Shown one piece after another: positions 12,701 through 24,690 of a DNA stretch of 64,000 nucleotides. The DNA is from Tubiluchus corallicola (Eukaryota; Animalia; Priapulida), in contig JAQGDQ010000059.1 in assembly GCA_030141605.1 (NCBI GenBank), positions 620,001 through 684,000 on the forward strand. Direction: 5' to 3'. The notes below the pieces were generated by a model, which was not told the DNA's origin, did no database searches, and worked only from the letters and a program-made list of their open reading frames with translations. Each line of letters opens with the position of its first letter. The stretch's first letter is position 1. Both the position numbers and the translations under genes were made by a program.

Positions 12701-15190
12701 TGGTGTTTTCCTTCATGCAATTTGACATTGGCAAAGTGAGTTACCTAAAAATGAGCCAGCTTTAAATTTTTCTCGACCGAAAGTAAACCATATAAGACAT
12801 GATCTTGATCTGATAGACTGGTATAGTTTGTTTAAAGACAAAGATGTACATGAGTGTTGGGATATTTTTCTTTCTTGCTATCAATCTATTATCTCAAGAC
12901 ATGTACCCATTGTCTCAGCTTGACATTATAAATCTTTAAATCCATAGGAAAAAGATCTTAAAGTTGGTAGATTAAAAAAGAAAAGAGTTGTTTATGGCAA
13001 ATTTATAAACAATCAGGTTTAACTTGTGATTATGCTATTTATCAGTGCACTGCTAATTAATTGAATAATGCTCGTCGCATTCGTAGAGTGAATTGTGAAC
13101 ATAAGCCAGTTAGTGATATTGCCGCCACTGGAAGCAGCAAGAATTTTTTTCAATACTCTAAAAAGTTTCTATGTCCTGAAGCTCGTATTTCTCGTATTCG
13201 AAATGTTTCTGGTTGTTTAATTATTGACATATTTTCTGTTGCCAAATGTATAAATGACTATTTTGCAACAGTTTTCACTGAAAAATCAGATGGTGCAACA
13301 ACAGTAGTGAAGATGTATCTTTTTCCGTTAATGATATTGAAATTGCACCTAGGTCTTTAAAACCTTGGAAATCTCGTAGTCTGGAAGGCATTCGTGGTTT
13401 CATTTTAAAACAGTGTTCACCTCAGTTTGCATTTCCACTGTATATTTTATTTAGAATATTTTCAAATTCTAATGAACTCCCCTTCTTCTTAGACTGATAC
13501 TAATATCACTCAACTATCAAGGTTGTAAACACCATAAAATGTGATAAACTGAGGCCTATATCAGTTACATCTGTTGTTGTAAACATTTTAGAAAAGCTTA
13601 TTTGGCTTGATGTTTTGTGGTTTCTTTTAGTTAAAGAAACTTTCCTTGGATTTCAACATGGTTCGTTACCTGGCCGTTCAGTTGTTTCTAATTTACACTC
13701 TTCTATTAACGAATGGACTAAAACTTTTGACAAAGATTATGTTACAAGTACTGACGTAATTTATCTTGATTTTTGTAAAGCATTTGAGTCTGTCCCTTTT
13801 AAAAGGCTATTGCGTAAATTGGAATTTCATCGTATTCGTGGTAGAATTTTATGTTGGTTTCCTCAATTTCTGACAACCCATCATCAGCGCATTGTACTAA
13901 ATGGTGTTGTTACTTACTGGAAAGTTGTCAAGAGTGGTATACCTCAGGGAACAATTAGTGGTCCATATTCTTTTATTTAATATGTAAATAATATTCCAGA
14001 TTACATTTCTTCTAATATGAGAACGTTTGTGCATGATATTAAACTTTTTAGAGAAATCAAGTCTCACTTTGACTGTGCAGTTCTTCAGCTTGACCTTTAT
14101 GCTGTTCAGTATGATAAGTCATGTTACTTATAATTATGAAATTAATGATAAAATAGTTCGCGAAGTTTCTACTTTTAAAGACTTAAGTGTGATTATGTCT
14201 AATGATCTGAAGTTTAGTGATTATATTGCTGATTTAGAAAAGAGAGCCAACAAACCTATTGGTATGATTAAGTGAACTGTAATTCGCAAGATTTTTTTGT
14301 CATCTTGCCTTTATATAAAAGTTTGGTCCGTCCTTTGTTGGAGGATGCTGCAGTTATATGGTCACCCAAGTATATTACATATATTCAATGCAATGAAGCA
14401 ACTTAGAAGCATTGTCTTCATTTAGCTCATGATATTGGTTTATCATCTTTATCTACTGTAGAAAGTTTTTTTTGTTGCACCTTTTCGTCAGCTTTGGGGA
14501 CATTCTAAGAAGCTTTTTGTCCTTGTGTTAGAACCAATATGCAGAAACATTTTTTCAATCACCAAGTAATTAATCCAAGGAATCGTCTTCTAAGTAATGA
14601 AATAGCTTGAGAGAATATTAGTGAATTTAAAAGTACAATGAGAGTGGCACGTTCAATGCCAACTAGTGGCTAGCGTCACTAAACCGTTCAATAGTATAGA
14701 TTCGATGGCAAACATATGTATGTTTGCCATCGAATCTATACATAAATTATATATATTAAATTATACATATTATATACATAATATATATTAATATATATAT
14801 ACATAAATTTAAATAACAAATATAACAGTGGCACTTAACGCAAGCCGAAAGTAAAAGATATGCAATGGACCTGCAAAATTTATTTTTATTTTTATTTTGT
14901 CAGATTTCACAGGCGTCGGATCTGTTCACCTGTGTGATTTTTGACTCAAACTCTGCTAAAACTAAAACTCTGCTAGATTACTTACTAACCATTACCTAAT
15001 AATAAGATAGCATATAAAACTATTTTAAAGAAATCCATACCATCTGAGCTTTTGCCAGCCACAACCATAGCTTTCGCCAAGTGATGAATTTATTCATGTC
15101 GCTAAAATTATACGACATTTCAGCTGATGCATATCTGTTTGTCAACGGTGACCTGTATGTAGAAGTATTTGATCCACTTGGCGTTGCCAT
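3722..15190 (-). CDS. ADSL: Adenylosuccinate lyase, 5' part (exons 1-6); remaining exons not seen in the window
   Basis: Exons: 15190-15041 ([50 protein letters not shown]), 10271-10068 (...[11 protein letters not shown]...[15 protein letters not shown]), 6672-6548 (...[10 protein letters not shown]), 5949-5778 ([10 protein letters not shown]...[14 protein letters not shown]), 5139-5093, 3812-3722 (GQTYSRK...[10 protein letters not shown]). All introns are GT-AG with consistent phases. The motifs are diagnostic of ADSL. Confidence 0.97.
4760..4845. repeat. (GAC/AAC/GAT)n trinucleotide microsatellite
   Basis: gacgatgacgacaag...gacaacaacaacgacgatgacaacaacaacaat. Confidence 0.85.
6742..7278. 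mobile_element. Non-autonomous TIR element with TTAA target duplication and AGG...CCT ends (Kolobok-like MITE) in ADSL intron 2
   Basis: Left end TTAA|AGGAAAACCGATTGATT (TTAA 6738-6741); right end AATCATCCGGTTTTCCT|TTAA (TTAA 7279-7282). The inverted repeats are near-perfect. No coding ORF. Confidence 0.8.
11985..12085. repeat. Fragment of an interspersed repeat, inverted homologue of ~30320-30410
   Basis: gttagctgggatttctgtgcacaattattaaacaaattattactgtttttac aligns by eye to the reverse complement of gtaaaaacactaataattgtctaaaaattgtgcacagaactctcagctaa. Confidence 0.7.
12650..14640 (+). mobile_element. Degenerate CR1/L2-group non-LTR retrotransposon (RT pseudogene) in ADSL intron 1
   Basis: Frameshifted RT motifs: [54 protein letters not shown](V)(H)DIKL (decayed YADD), [21 protein letters not shown], and a terminal RTN.QKHFF...VIN..N.L. 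Confidence 0.92.
14694..14741. repeat. Perfect 23-bp inverted repeat with 2-nt spacer
   Basis: GTATAGATTCGATGGCAAACATA-tg-TATGTTTGCCATCGAATCTATAC. Confidence 0.95.
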
Positions 15191-15619
15191 TGCAATTTCT
15201 AATTACTTTCTATACATAAGCGAGCAAAATCGTCTTTTGTACCGAATTTAGTGATCCGCGCACGCTCTTACAGTCAATCAGCACATGATCGCTCACACTG
15301 TGGTTTCGTTGTGTTTGGTACAGCAAGCCTGAATCATGAAAACGTTGAAAAGGTGTAGAGGAAGACCGCAATATCTAACTCGCGCTTGGCGATTACCGCT
15401 GCATCATAGACTTGAAATTCGCTCAGTTAGTAGGTGCCACAAATTACCACGAATCCTGCCAATAATAATTATTTTTTAGTTAATTACTATAGGTGGTTGC
15501 TACTATGGCGGCAGTAATCATTTTTGTTAGATCAGCGCCTCCTCTAAGTTCATCCATCAAAATACGATGCAAAAACTAGTTGGAAATTTTCACATCATCA
15601 TTTCAAGAAATGTCATTGT

Positions 15620-15685
15620 CTGCTACTACTACTACCACCAGCACAGCCACCATTACCACCACCGCTATCACTACCACTACTACTG
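15620..15685. repeat. (ACT/ACC)n trinucleotide low-complexity tract
   Basis: ctactactactaccaccagcacagccaccattaccaccaccgctatcactaccactactact. Confidence 0.7.
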
Positions 15686-15739
15686 TTCGTTCTTTCACAT
15701 GACAATAATGGTAAGGCATTAGGTACTGACGGCAAACAA

Positions 15740-16050
15740 CAAACATCCCTGCTATCTTGGAATCAGAAGTACCAATAGTCTTTGGATTTTGCTGTAATGC
15801 ACTCGGAGGATCGCAGAAGATAGTTGGCAGAGCAGATGGGCTTCGAGAGGAAGCCAGCTTGAGATCAGACTTTCATTTTGGAGATCATTATACAGAAGGC
15901 AACATTATGGAACATAATGAGGAACACGGGAGTCAGAAGAGTAACATATTATATCAATGTACAGTAGATAGCAACCAATAGCACGAGCAATAGAGTAAAA
16001 ATCTGTCATCAGAGGCTTGCAGAGTGACATCAGGAAGTGCGACAGGCCTG
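15740..16050 (+). mobile_element. Short, heavily deleted RTE-like RT remnant upstream of ADSL
   Basis: Frames read SLLS, LAEQMGFERKPA*DQTFILEIIIQKA (cf. EQxGFRxxRSxxDQIFxL), TLWNIMRNTGV and VTSG-VRQ. Confidence 0.65.
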
Positions 16051-18715
16051 ACTTGTATTGCTAGTATTATTCACGTTTTTTACATTTTTATCACCTTTCC
16101 CAAACCTTACACTCAGCTTAAAATTATTTCTCACGATCTGTGTTTCTGTAGTGTCATGTCAAAGAAGCTTTTCAAAGCTTAAACGAATCAAAAAGTACTT
16201 GCGATCTACAATTAGATAGTCAAGGCTATCTGATCTTCCGGTTTTATCAGTTGAAAGTGACTTGACAATTAAAAGTGATTGATTTTCTCCAATGCACGGA
16301 TGACACCATGAGGCACTGATCATTAGTAACTTGAAACAAGCAAAACTGAACAGACAGATTCCATCAAGCTACTATTGTTTTAAATGTGTATGCAATGGTA
16401 ATAGTTCTGTTGTAGAATGTTGGCTTTTAAAAATGTTTATCTAATGGGCCAGATTCTGTTATTATCGGAAGTTTGATTATAACTGTGCAACAAACAGATG
16501 CAATTATGCGCACGTTATTTTTGCACACTCATCATAATTAAACTATGCTATTCCAATTTGTTTTTTACTAAAATATGTTTATAGTATTTAAAGGAAAGGA
16601 CAAGTTACTTATGTTGTTACTGTCATTACTCAAACTTATAATGAAATAATGAAAAATATAATGAAGAAATTTGCAAAAAAACTGTCTATAAAACATAACG
16701 TTAATTTATACAAGTACTGTATAAAAATTTCTACATGCCATGGTAGCCACCATTCACTTAATATTCACGTGTAACTGGTGGTCTTCAAGACTTTTCATAA
16801 GTGCATCGTCGCTTTCCATAAGCACGTGCTACTTTAATTTAAACTTCCACAGCTTACCTAATGTTCATGCAAAAATATAACATTAGCTATTCATTTTTTG
16901 TAAAAACTTGCACTTTTGGCAGAAATTGACAGTGCACTGCTTTTGTTCAGCCATTGAATGACGAAGCTGGTGGAAGAAGGGCATTCATTAAAAATGGTCG
17001 CGATTACACGAGGTGCTTATCACACTTTTACTACTAAATCCTTCTAACAATTTTCTCTAATATTGTAATAAGCTTAATTTCCCAGAAGACATGGCCTTTC
17101 CTTTAAGCCATTTAGTTTTATCTAACTGTTACATAAATTATATAAATCTATACAGAAGTGCTAATTGTAACAAACACACTGCTGCAAAAACAACAAAATT
17201 TTCTTTACATAAAATAGTTTAATGCATGAAAAGTTTGCTAAGTTTTTTATTCTACAAGTTATATATAATATTATATAAGCTATATCAAGTATTTTATATA
17301 AGCTATATGTTGTATATTTGTTGTATAAGTTATAACAAAATACTTGTACAAATATGACGCTAAAACTTGAAAAGATTTCATTAAAGACTAATAACTTACC
17401 CCATAATGAATAAGTTTTGTAGTTAATTGATTTCGTAAAATCGGAATTGCACACTGAATAACTTGCTTACAATGTTTTTAAAAGTACTGGCTGTGTTACG
17501 TAGCACATTACATATATATTCGCATGAAAGAGGTCATATAGTATTAATTATTTCATTCTGACAGGACAATAATAATTTACCTAAAAGTTTAGATGTAGTA
17601 CACTTAAGTTTTTTATATATTAAAAGCTTTTTTAATTCACCGTTTAGAGCAACAGCTAAAAACTCATTAGTTCTGCTAGTAGCTCGAGTTCGTCGATGTC
17701 CAGTTGTATTTCCACTGCAAAATCAGGAACCTGTTGTGGAAAAAGGATACTTTACATTTGGGAAAGGAAAGGGTAATGTACTGTACTGATGATTATAATC
17801 ATTTTTCTGATCATACAGTGATTACAGTAAAAGCTTCTAATAAAAAATCATTTCACAGTTTACTTCACCTCTTGAGCTGTCCATTTTATTATTGATGTAC
17901 AGTAATACTAGCATATTCAACATGCATCAAAATTTGTCACTGCAATGAAAAAACTTAATTCTGTTAAAATATTTTACTTTGTTCTGATCAGCAGGAGGTA
18001 AAATTGCAGTGTCCCAAATGTTTTTGGAATTACTTGCACTACTTGGTGTAGTAACTTGCCTCACAGGCAGGTTACAATACAGCTCGCTGACTTATTCTAC
18101 AGCAAGACGTTTAATTCCTTAACTAAGATGTAAAGTGCAATAGATAGATGTAGGGATAAAATTTTATATAACAAAATGCATTAACATGATATGTTCAGAA
18201 TTATTTTGCAAAGATTTATTATATTAGAAACCACAATATACTAAAGAAAATCAAAATGAAAACAGTTCAATGCTGTGTTAGTCAAATTAACATAAACATT
18301 ACTGAACTATAAAGAAAAACAAAATTAAACAACAAAAATTTTGGACTTTTTTACTTATTAAATCAATTAATAAATCTGTAGCTGATTGCCTTGACTGGAA
18401 CAAGAACAAAAAGTACAAAAAGTACAAAAACTTCATGCAATGGCATCTGCACAGCTCAATTTTAGAAACAATCGTGAAAATTATATAAACATGAGTATTT
18501 TAAGCTTAAAAATATATAACATAATAACCCTATTGTAGTACTCCAAACTGAACAAAAAAGCACTCTGTGCAGGACACGTTAATGTCAAAAACTTTTAGTT
18601 TTATAACAATTTTAACAGCTAAACTGCCTTGCTCTGGTCTATCCAAAAGCCTTTCTAATAGCACTACATTTATTGCTAATAAAGCCGAATCACTAGCAAC
18701 ACAACTGCTATACAG

Positions 18716-21700
18716 TCACTGTGTGACATCTAATGAATTGCTATCCGAGTGGTCCAAAAATTCGACACTATTTTCGCCGCTGGGTTTTGTATCAGAGGAA
18801 GTGTTGCGGCGAAATCTCTTTGCTACAGCTTCAGGGACCTATGACAAAGATGAGCAACAGTGTCATCATTTGCAGCAAACACCCAGGCACCCATTTAATA
18901 AACTGCTTGCATATATGTGTTTCTACGAAATATGTCGAACACATTCCAAAGCAGGCAAATAAGAATCATAATTATTAAAACATAACAATCATTTTCATTA
19001 TTAGTCCTTGCCTAGACTAACTTCTTAATTTGCCTAGACTTCTCACATAAAATCCTGTAAAGCTTGAAGTCACTAATAAGAATTATGTATTTTTCAAATT
19101 TTTACTGACACAAATAAACTTACCTGTCCTGGTTAAAAAAATTAATACACACATAAATGAATTACTGTTTGTTGCACAACAAAGTATTGCAAAACATTGT
19201 TGTCAACTACCAGAATTCATAGTATATACTCATGTGCTTCGTGTGCTCTCTTACAACTTTTTTTACAAAAGCAATTAACTGTAAAGCGATAAAAAAGTGT
19301 TAAACTGTTAGGCAGCACACTTTTGAAATACACGGTCTTAAAATCTGAGAGAAAAAGTGACACAGGCTGAAGTTATTGTTCACAGATACATTTAATATCT
19401 AAACAGCATAATCAGCTAGAAAATTCACTTACTGTTCAATGGCGCAAATAGTTAGAAAACTGGCTTACATCCAAAATAAAATATCCTATACAGTTATTAA
19501 GAACTTTGTGGGCGAGTAAGAAAACTGGCTTTGGCCCGAAGCAAAAAATGACATACAGTTATTTGTTTCATTGTGGGTGAGTCATGCAAGTAGTAACTGA
19601 AAAGAAATACTGTAATCAATTTTCCATGATAGTATAGTCTGTTACTCACCATCCAAGTTATTATTGACAAATTCAGGAGAAATTCAGACATCAGTATCGC
19701 ACTCTGTTCTAGAAATTCTACTTGCTTTTTAGACATAGCATAAATGCTCCGTGGAAGTTTCCATTCATATGTTGCCTGTAACATATAAAACACACTTAAA
19801 AACTTTATGCCAAAACACTTAGAACAAAGAAAAATCAACAGTTTAAATTCAGCAAGCAAACCTTTCATAATAATACAGAATGTTATACATACAGAATAAT
19901 ACAAAAACAACACAGCAAAGTATTTCTTTAAACCTCCATGAACAATAGAGAGGAATTATTTAAATAGCTAATGTAAGTATTCTGCCCTAAAAGTCACCAA
20001 AGCTAGTCATAAAAAGAAAAATTTCGCAATTTCAAAGATACTGTAAATAATGATTTTGACTAGTATGTTGCAATATTTACCTTTATCAGTGCTACTTCAA
20101 CGTATGTGCAACAACATAATATGTCAGACATTGGCAGACAGTACAGATGTATGCGTCATTGCGCTAGCTCAACGTAATAGCAATGTCTTTTTAGATGTCA
20201 AGCTGCTAAGTTTTGAAAACTGTCCTTTACGTTTTTTGCAGTCTTAAAACTATTACAATTTATTTTGATTTAACAAAATTGAGTTCCAGAATAGAAAGTA
20301 CAACTTTGATTTGATATATTAAATTACAGTATAATAATAATTATTATTATTATAGCTATTTCACTGCTGGCAGCTAACTGCATAAGTTTCTTATGATAAA
20401 CTTACAGGATTCAATTTCTGGAGAGAAGTGGTGGTGTACTGACGCAAATTATCCCATTGGTCCATACTTCGATCGTACATACGATGGCGGATATTAACAG
20501 TCAAGGTTGCAACACGCGCCAGTCTGTCCTCACAAGCTGCATTAGCTTCAGCCTCTGCAAATTTTACAAAAATGTTTACTAAAATCAAATTATATGACTA
20601 ACTTACGAGGTGTATTTGCATAAGATTTGAAACAAAGATTAAACCTTAGAAAATACAGTTTACACAAATGTTAACTGTAGTCTCAGACACTAGCTATAAG
20701 ATACTGCCAAAACTTTTCACAATAGGACATTGCAGTATTAATTAAACCAAAATCTGTCATGACAACGGTGTACAATATAAAAGTGGTGAAATGAAAACCA
20801 AAAGTGCATTGCTACACTCCAATACTGCATTAATTAAAAAATATACTGACACTCACTAGTATTTTATCATAAAATGTCTATAAACTTTGTAGATGGCTTG
20901 AACAAACACACCTTTATCATGTTCACATTCATCTGGTGGCAAGTAGTAGTCAACACAGTTTTCAGCCATTGTAAGTGCCTTGTCGGCATAAAAAGTCAAA
21001 AGTTTTCCATAGGTTGTCTGCATTGCATTATCAATTCTTTTGTATCTGGAAACAGGAATTAAACCAATTACAACTATGCTAAATGTGAGAGTGATATCTA
21101 TGACAGGAATTAACCTACAGACGAACTTCTTTGTACTGCCTACTTTGGGACTGCAAAAAAGTTGGGAGTTACAGCGAGTTTGGCATTATAACGAGGTGCA
21201 TTAACTCATACATTTTCTATGCAAATATAAACATTTTGTTTTGTTAAAAATTTGGGTTTTAAGCAAGACTGGTACTAAAAGGGGAGTGTTATAACGAGGT
21301 TTGACTGTAATTAACACAAGATAATCGATAACAACAGGAGATTTACAAGGAGAAAAAGTGGCACATTCCTTAAAACAATGTTTTCAATTTTAGCTATCAA
21401 GATTGCCTCCAAGAAGACTTGCTTAGGTATTCAAGCACAACCCACTGCTCTGCATAAATGTTAACTTCAAAGGAGTATTATTACTCTTAGAATGAAAAAG
21501 ATTAATTAGGATAGGAAAAATAGATGATGTGAATTTGTAAAAGCATTATGAATGAAATCAATAAGCATAAGCTTTCCCATACACTAAACTACAGTTTGTA
21601 AATTTATATGAAACGTACATTAATTCACAAAAATGATTAAATAAACACTAATTAGGAAGGTATGATATCAACTCAGGAGAGCTTACCCATACAGCTTAAT

Positions 21701-24534
21701 GCTGTCAACCTTTTGTGCTGTATATGTCTTGGTAGTTTCAACTTTATCCTTTGTCTTGCTAACAGTATTGTGAACTTTATCCTTAGTAGCCGTGACAGTT
21801 ATGTTCACCTTGTCCTTGGTAGCCGTTACAGTGTTTTGAACTCTATCTTTTGTAGCCATCACCTTCTCGCAACCGTAATTGCGAACAGCGCTGATAGGCG
21901 CCACTACTTTCTGTTCGTACATCTTCTTGGTTGGCTCAATAATGCGATCTTGATATAGGCGCTTTGTATCTTTCACCAGCTACAACAAACATTGTTTACC
22001 AATCTAACTATGCCTTCTGATTGCATTCAATTCACAAGCAAACCAGTTTTATGAAGTAAACTACTTGTAAAAGTTAGATGAAAATTCATTCAGTCTTTAG
22101 TTAGTAATGACGGCAATAGAAAATTACATCGGTCATTATTATCAATGTGAAATGTTTTCACTTTTGAAATTGGTATGAAATAATAATGATTATAGTGCTA
22201 GCCTACTGTCTAAGAAAGAATGAATTCCACTCTTGGCGTTACAATAGTCACATTACATAAGATCAGACTGTGCAAAGCACAGTGTAGAATAGTGAAGATT
22301 AAGTAATGTAAAGTCAATGCAGTGCAGTGCAATAACGTGCATTACAGCACTGTTCAGTAAGGTGCAATCCAGAGCAAATAATTTAGCACATTTGCATAAT
22401 ACAATGGGCATAATTTAATGATTTCTTGTCGGCTTATATGGTATTAATATAACTCAATTCAACATTTTCGATATGACTTTTTCAATATTTGACAAAAACT
22501 AATTTTTAACCGTGGGTGCTGCAGTTTATAGATTGATTTTTCCTTTTCCTCCTCCTCTTTTTCCAGGTGTTAGTGTGAAAAATACAAAGGAATTTCACTG
22601 TGATATTACTGATATATTAATAATGTGCTGTCACGGGAAATCACTCTCCCGCAGTTCAGTAGGGAACTTGTCAAATGCATAAGTATGTTAAACACTATGG
22701 TTACCATTCTGAACAAGCACCCTGGTATTCAAATATACAATCGCATGCAATTGCAATGTAGTGCATTATGTTGGTATGCAAATAATCTAATTATAGTAAC
22801 TTTAGTCAAGGAAAAGCTACCTGTTTACAGTTCACACTCATACCTGCCAATAAGACACAGTTTCTTCAATGATATATTAGACGTTTCTAAGTAAACACAG
22901 TTTTAATGCTAATGCGCATGATGACCTTGGAATATAGATTACCCACACCTATTATATTTAACCACTATTATCCAAAAGTGCTAAAGTTCAATGTGTAAGC
23001 TAATAAAGTCAAGTTTACAACTAATACAAACCTACCTAAACTTCGACCCGGAAATGTGACGATGAAACCAAAGTGCAAAATTTGATGACAATGACATGAG
23101 CACGTTGTGAAACTTATGTAATGGACTTTGCAACACACAAATATTTCACTTGAATGGCTATGTTTTAATGAACAAGCTATTTTCTAATTATAGCGCTTAG
23201 CAGACATTCCTTAATATAGCCCCTCCAATAAATGAAAAATCAATTACATTTTATATTACACAACTGACAATGATCATAGTTATGATAAAGAGTTGCACAC
23301 CTCATTTGGCTGCTTCTTAATGCTTGGAGCCTTATCCTCCAGTTTGTCCAAACCACGACAAGCAAATGTGTTTGCCTTATCAACTGTAACAGCATGAAAA
23401 CAATAAAATTAATAAATAAGACTAAATGTACATAATAAATCAAATATATTCCGAATCCGAAGTTAAACTTATTAAAGCTATCATGCTCAGCGCTTGCGCT
23501 AAATCACGATACATATTTAAATTCTCTCCCTTGTACAAACGTTTTTTTCAAACATGAATGCAACTATAGTATTTGGCCAAAATAAATCTTCTAAACTCGT
23601 CAAATCATCTCATCGTATAAAACAGTCACCAACATGATGGAAAATACGCCTGTAGTTCAACAATGTTAGAGCCATAACATCAAACTCACATTTGTTGCTG
23701 CAGTTTTGCTTTTGCAAAAGTTCTGTAAGCATTTTCAATTTCTTTCTATTCAGAATGAAAATACACTCTTATTCAACAAGATAATATACTTACTATGACC
23801 ATTAAGCTTTTCCACAATAGGACCTGCATAAGCAGCCGTTGCTTTTACCGATTTTTCAGCTGCATCCAAGGTGTTCTTCATAAACGAGCTGTAGTTTTTT
23901 GTACGCCCATATAAACCTGTAACCTGTTGACACACAAATTTACAAGTGTTAAGCTGGAGAAGCAAAAGACCGTAATTATTTAGTATAATATTTACAACTA
24001 CAAAACCTAATAGCAAAAGAAAAAACTTAATGACTACGAGTAGCAAATGCCACAACTAAGTTTTGGGGATCCTGGCAAATATCTGAATGTGAAGTGATTT
24101 CTGAAGACTAGGCATTGCTTCTCTAGTTTATATTTAGAGGTTAGCCAACCTTCATAAATGTGGCAGAATAACATCTCGTGACTTTTTAGGTGTAATTTAA
24201 TGAAATTTCACTAACGATGGTTGTTGTAAGTAAGGCCAACTAAGTAGTTTTCAAAACTAAAAGTACTTAGCCTCACGACTACAGTCTTTAAAAGAGAACA
24301 AAGTTATAGGGGTTTCCTTTTTTGGCAAAAAATATCACCATATGAAAGTAAAAAGTAACAAATATTCTAAATTAATGAAATGACCGAAGCTGGTATACTT
24401 ATTGAACCTCTCAATTAATATATGCACCGTAGTACCTGCACCAGTGTTGCATCCACAATAGGATAATTTGCAACTCTTTGCAAGAATAAATCTTGCTTGG
24501 TTTCCACTTTCTCCAAGACAGTCTCACCACCCAT
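18716..24534 (-). CDS. Perilipin (PAT-family lipid-droplet protein), ~378 aa
   Basis: Exons: 24534-24436 (MGGETV...LQRVANYPIVDATLVQ), 23923-23794 (VTGLYGRTKN...LDAAEKSVK), 23383-23301 (IDKANTFACRGLDKLEDKAPSIK), 21979-21687 (11-mer repeats), 21045-20912 (ALTMAENCVDYYLP), 20554-20406, 19775-19650, 18838-18716. Phases are consistent; the total is 1137 nt. The PAT-domain motifs RV.x.P.V and AN..AC.GLD.LE are diagnostic. AATAAA lies ~40 nt past the stop. The last exon is the least certain. Confidence 0.9.
21118..21307. mobile_element. 190-bp pogo/Tigger-type MITE flanked by TA, in a perilipin intron
   Basis: Right end GTTATAACGAGGTTTGACTG|TA; left end TA|CAGACGAACTTCTTTGTAC, a decayed inverted copy. 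An internal TTATAACGAGG subrepeat is present. Confidence 0.7.
21700..21862 (-). repeat. Coding 33-nt tandem repeat = perilipin 11-mer amphipathic-helix repeats
   Basis: VMATKDRVQNT / VTATKDKVNIT / VTATKDKVHNT / VSKTKDKVETT / KTYTAQKVDSI. Confidence 0.85.
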
Positions 24535-24643
24535 GTCAGTTTTTAATGCTCTTAAAATCCAAACTTTTTAACAAAATCCTAAAAATAAGTGATAACTATC
24601 AAAAACTTCATAGCAACGATTAAAAAAAGTTTTTGCTTCATTA

Positions 24644-24690
24644 TTACAAATATAGAAACATTTGTAATACAAATGTTTCTATATTTGTAA
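24644..24690. repeat. Perfect 23-bp inverted repeat with 1-nt spacer
   Basis: TTACAAATATAGAAACATTTGTA-a-TACAAATGTTTCTATATTTGTAA. Confidence 0.95.

Noticed and set aside
21662-21958. Plus-strand ORF opposite perilipin exon 4 (likewise 18567-18962, 30617-30817, 37608-37880, 41001-41267, 58885-59178)
   Set aside because: Antisense shadows of real exons with no independent coding signal.
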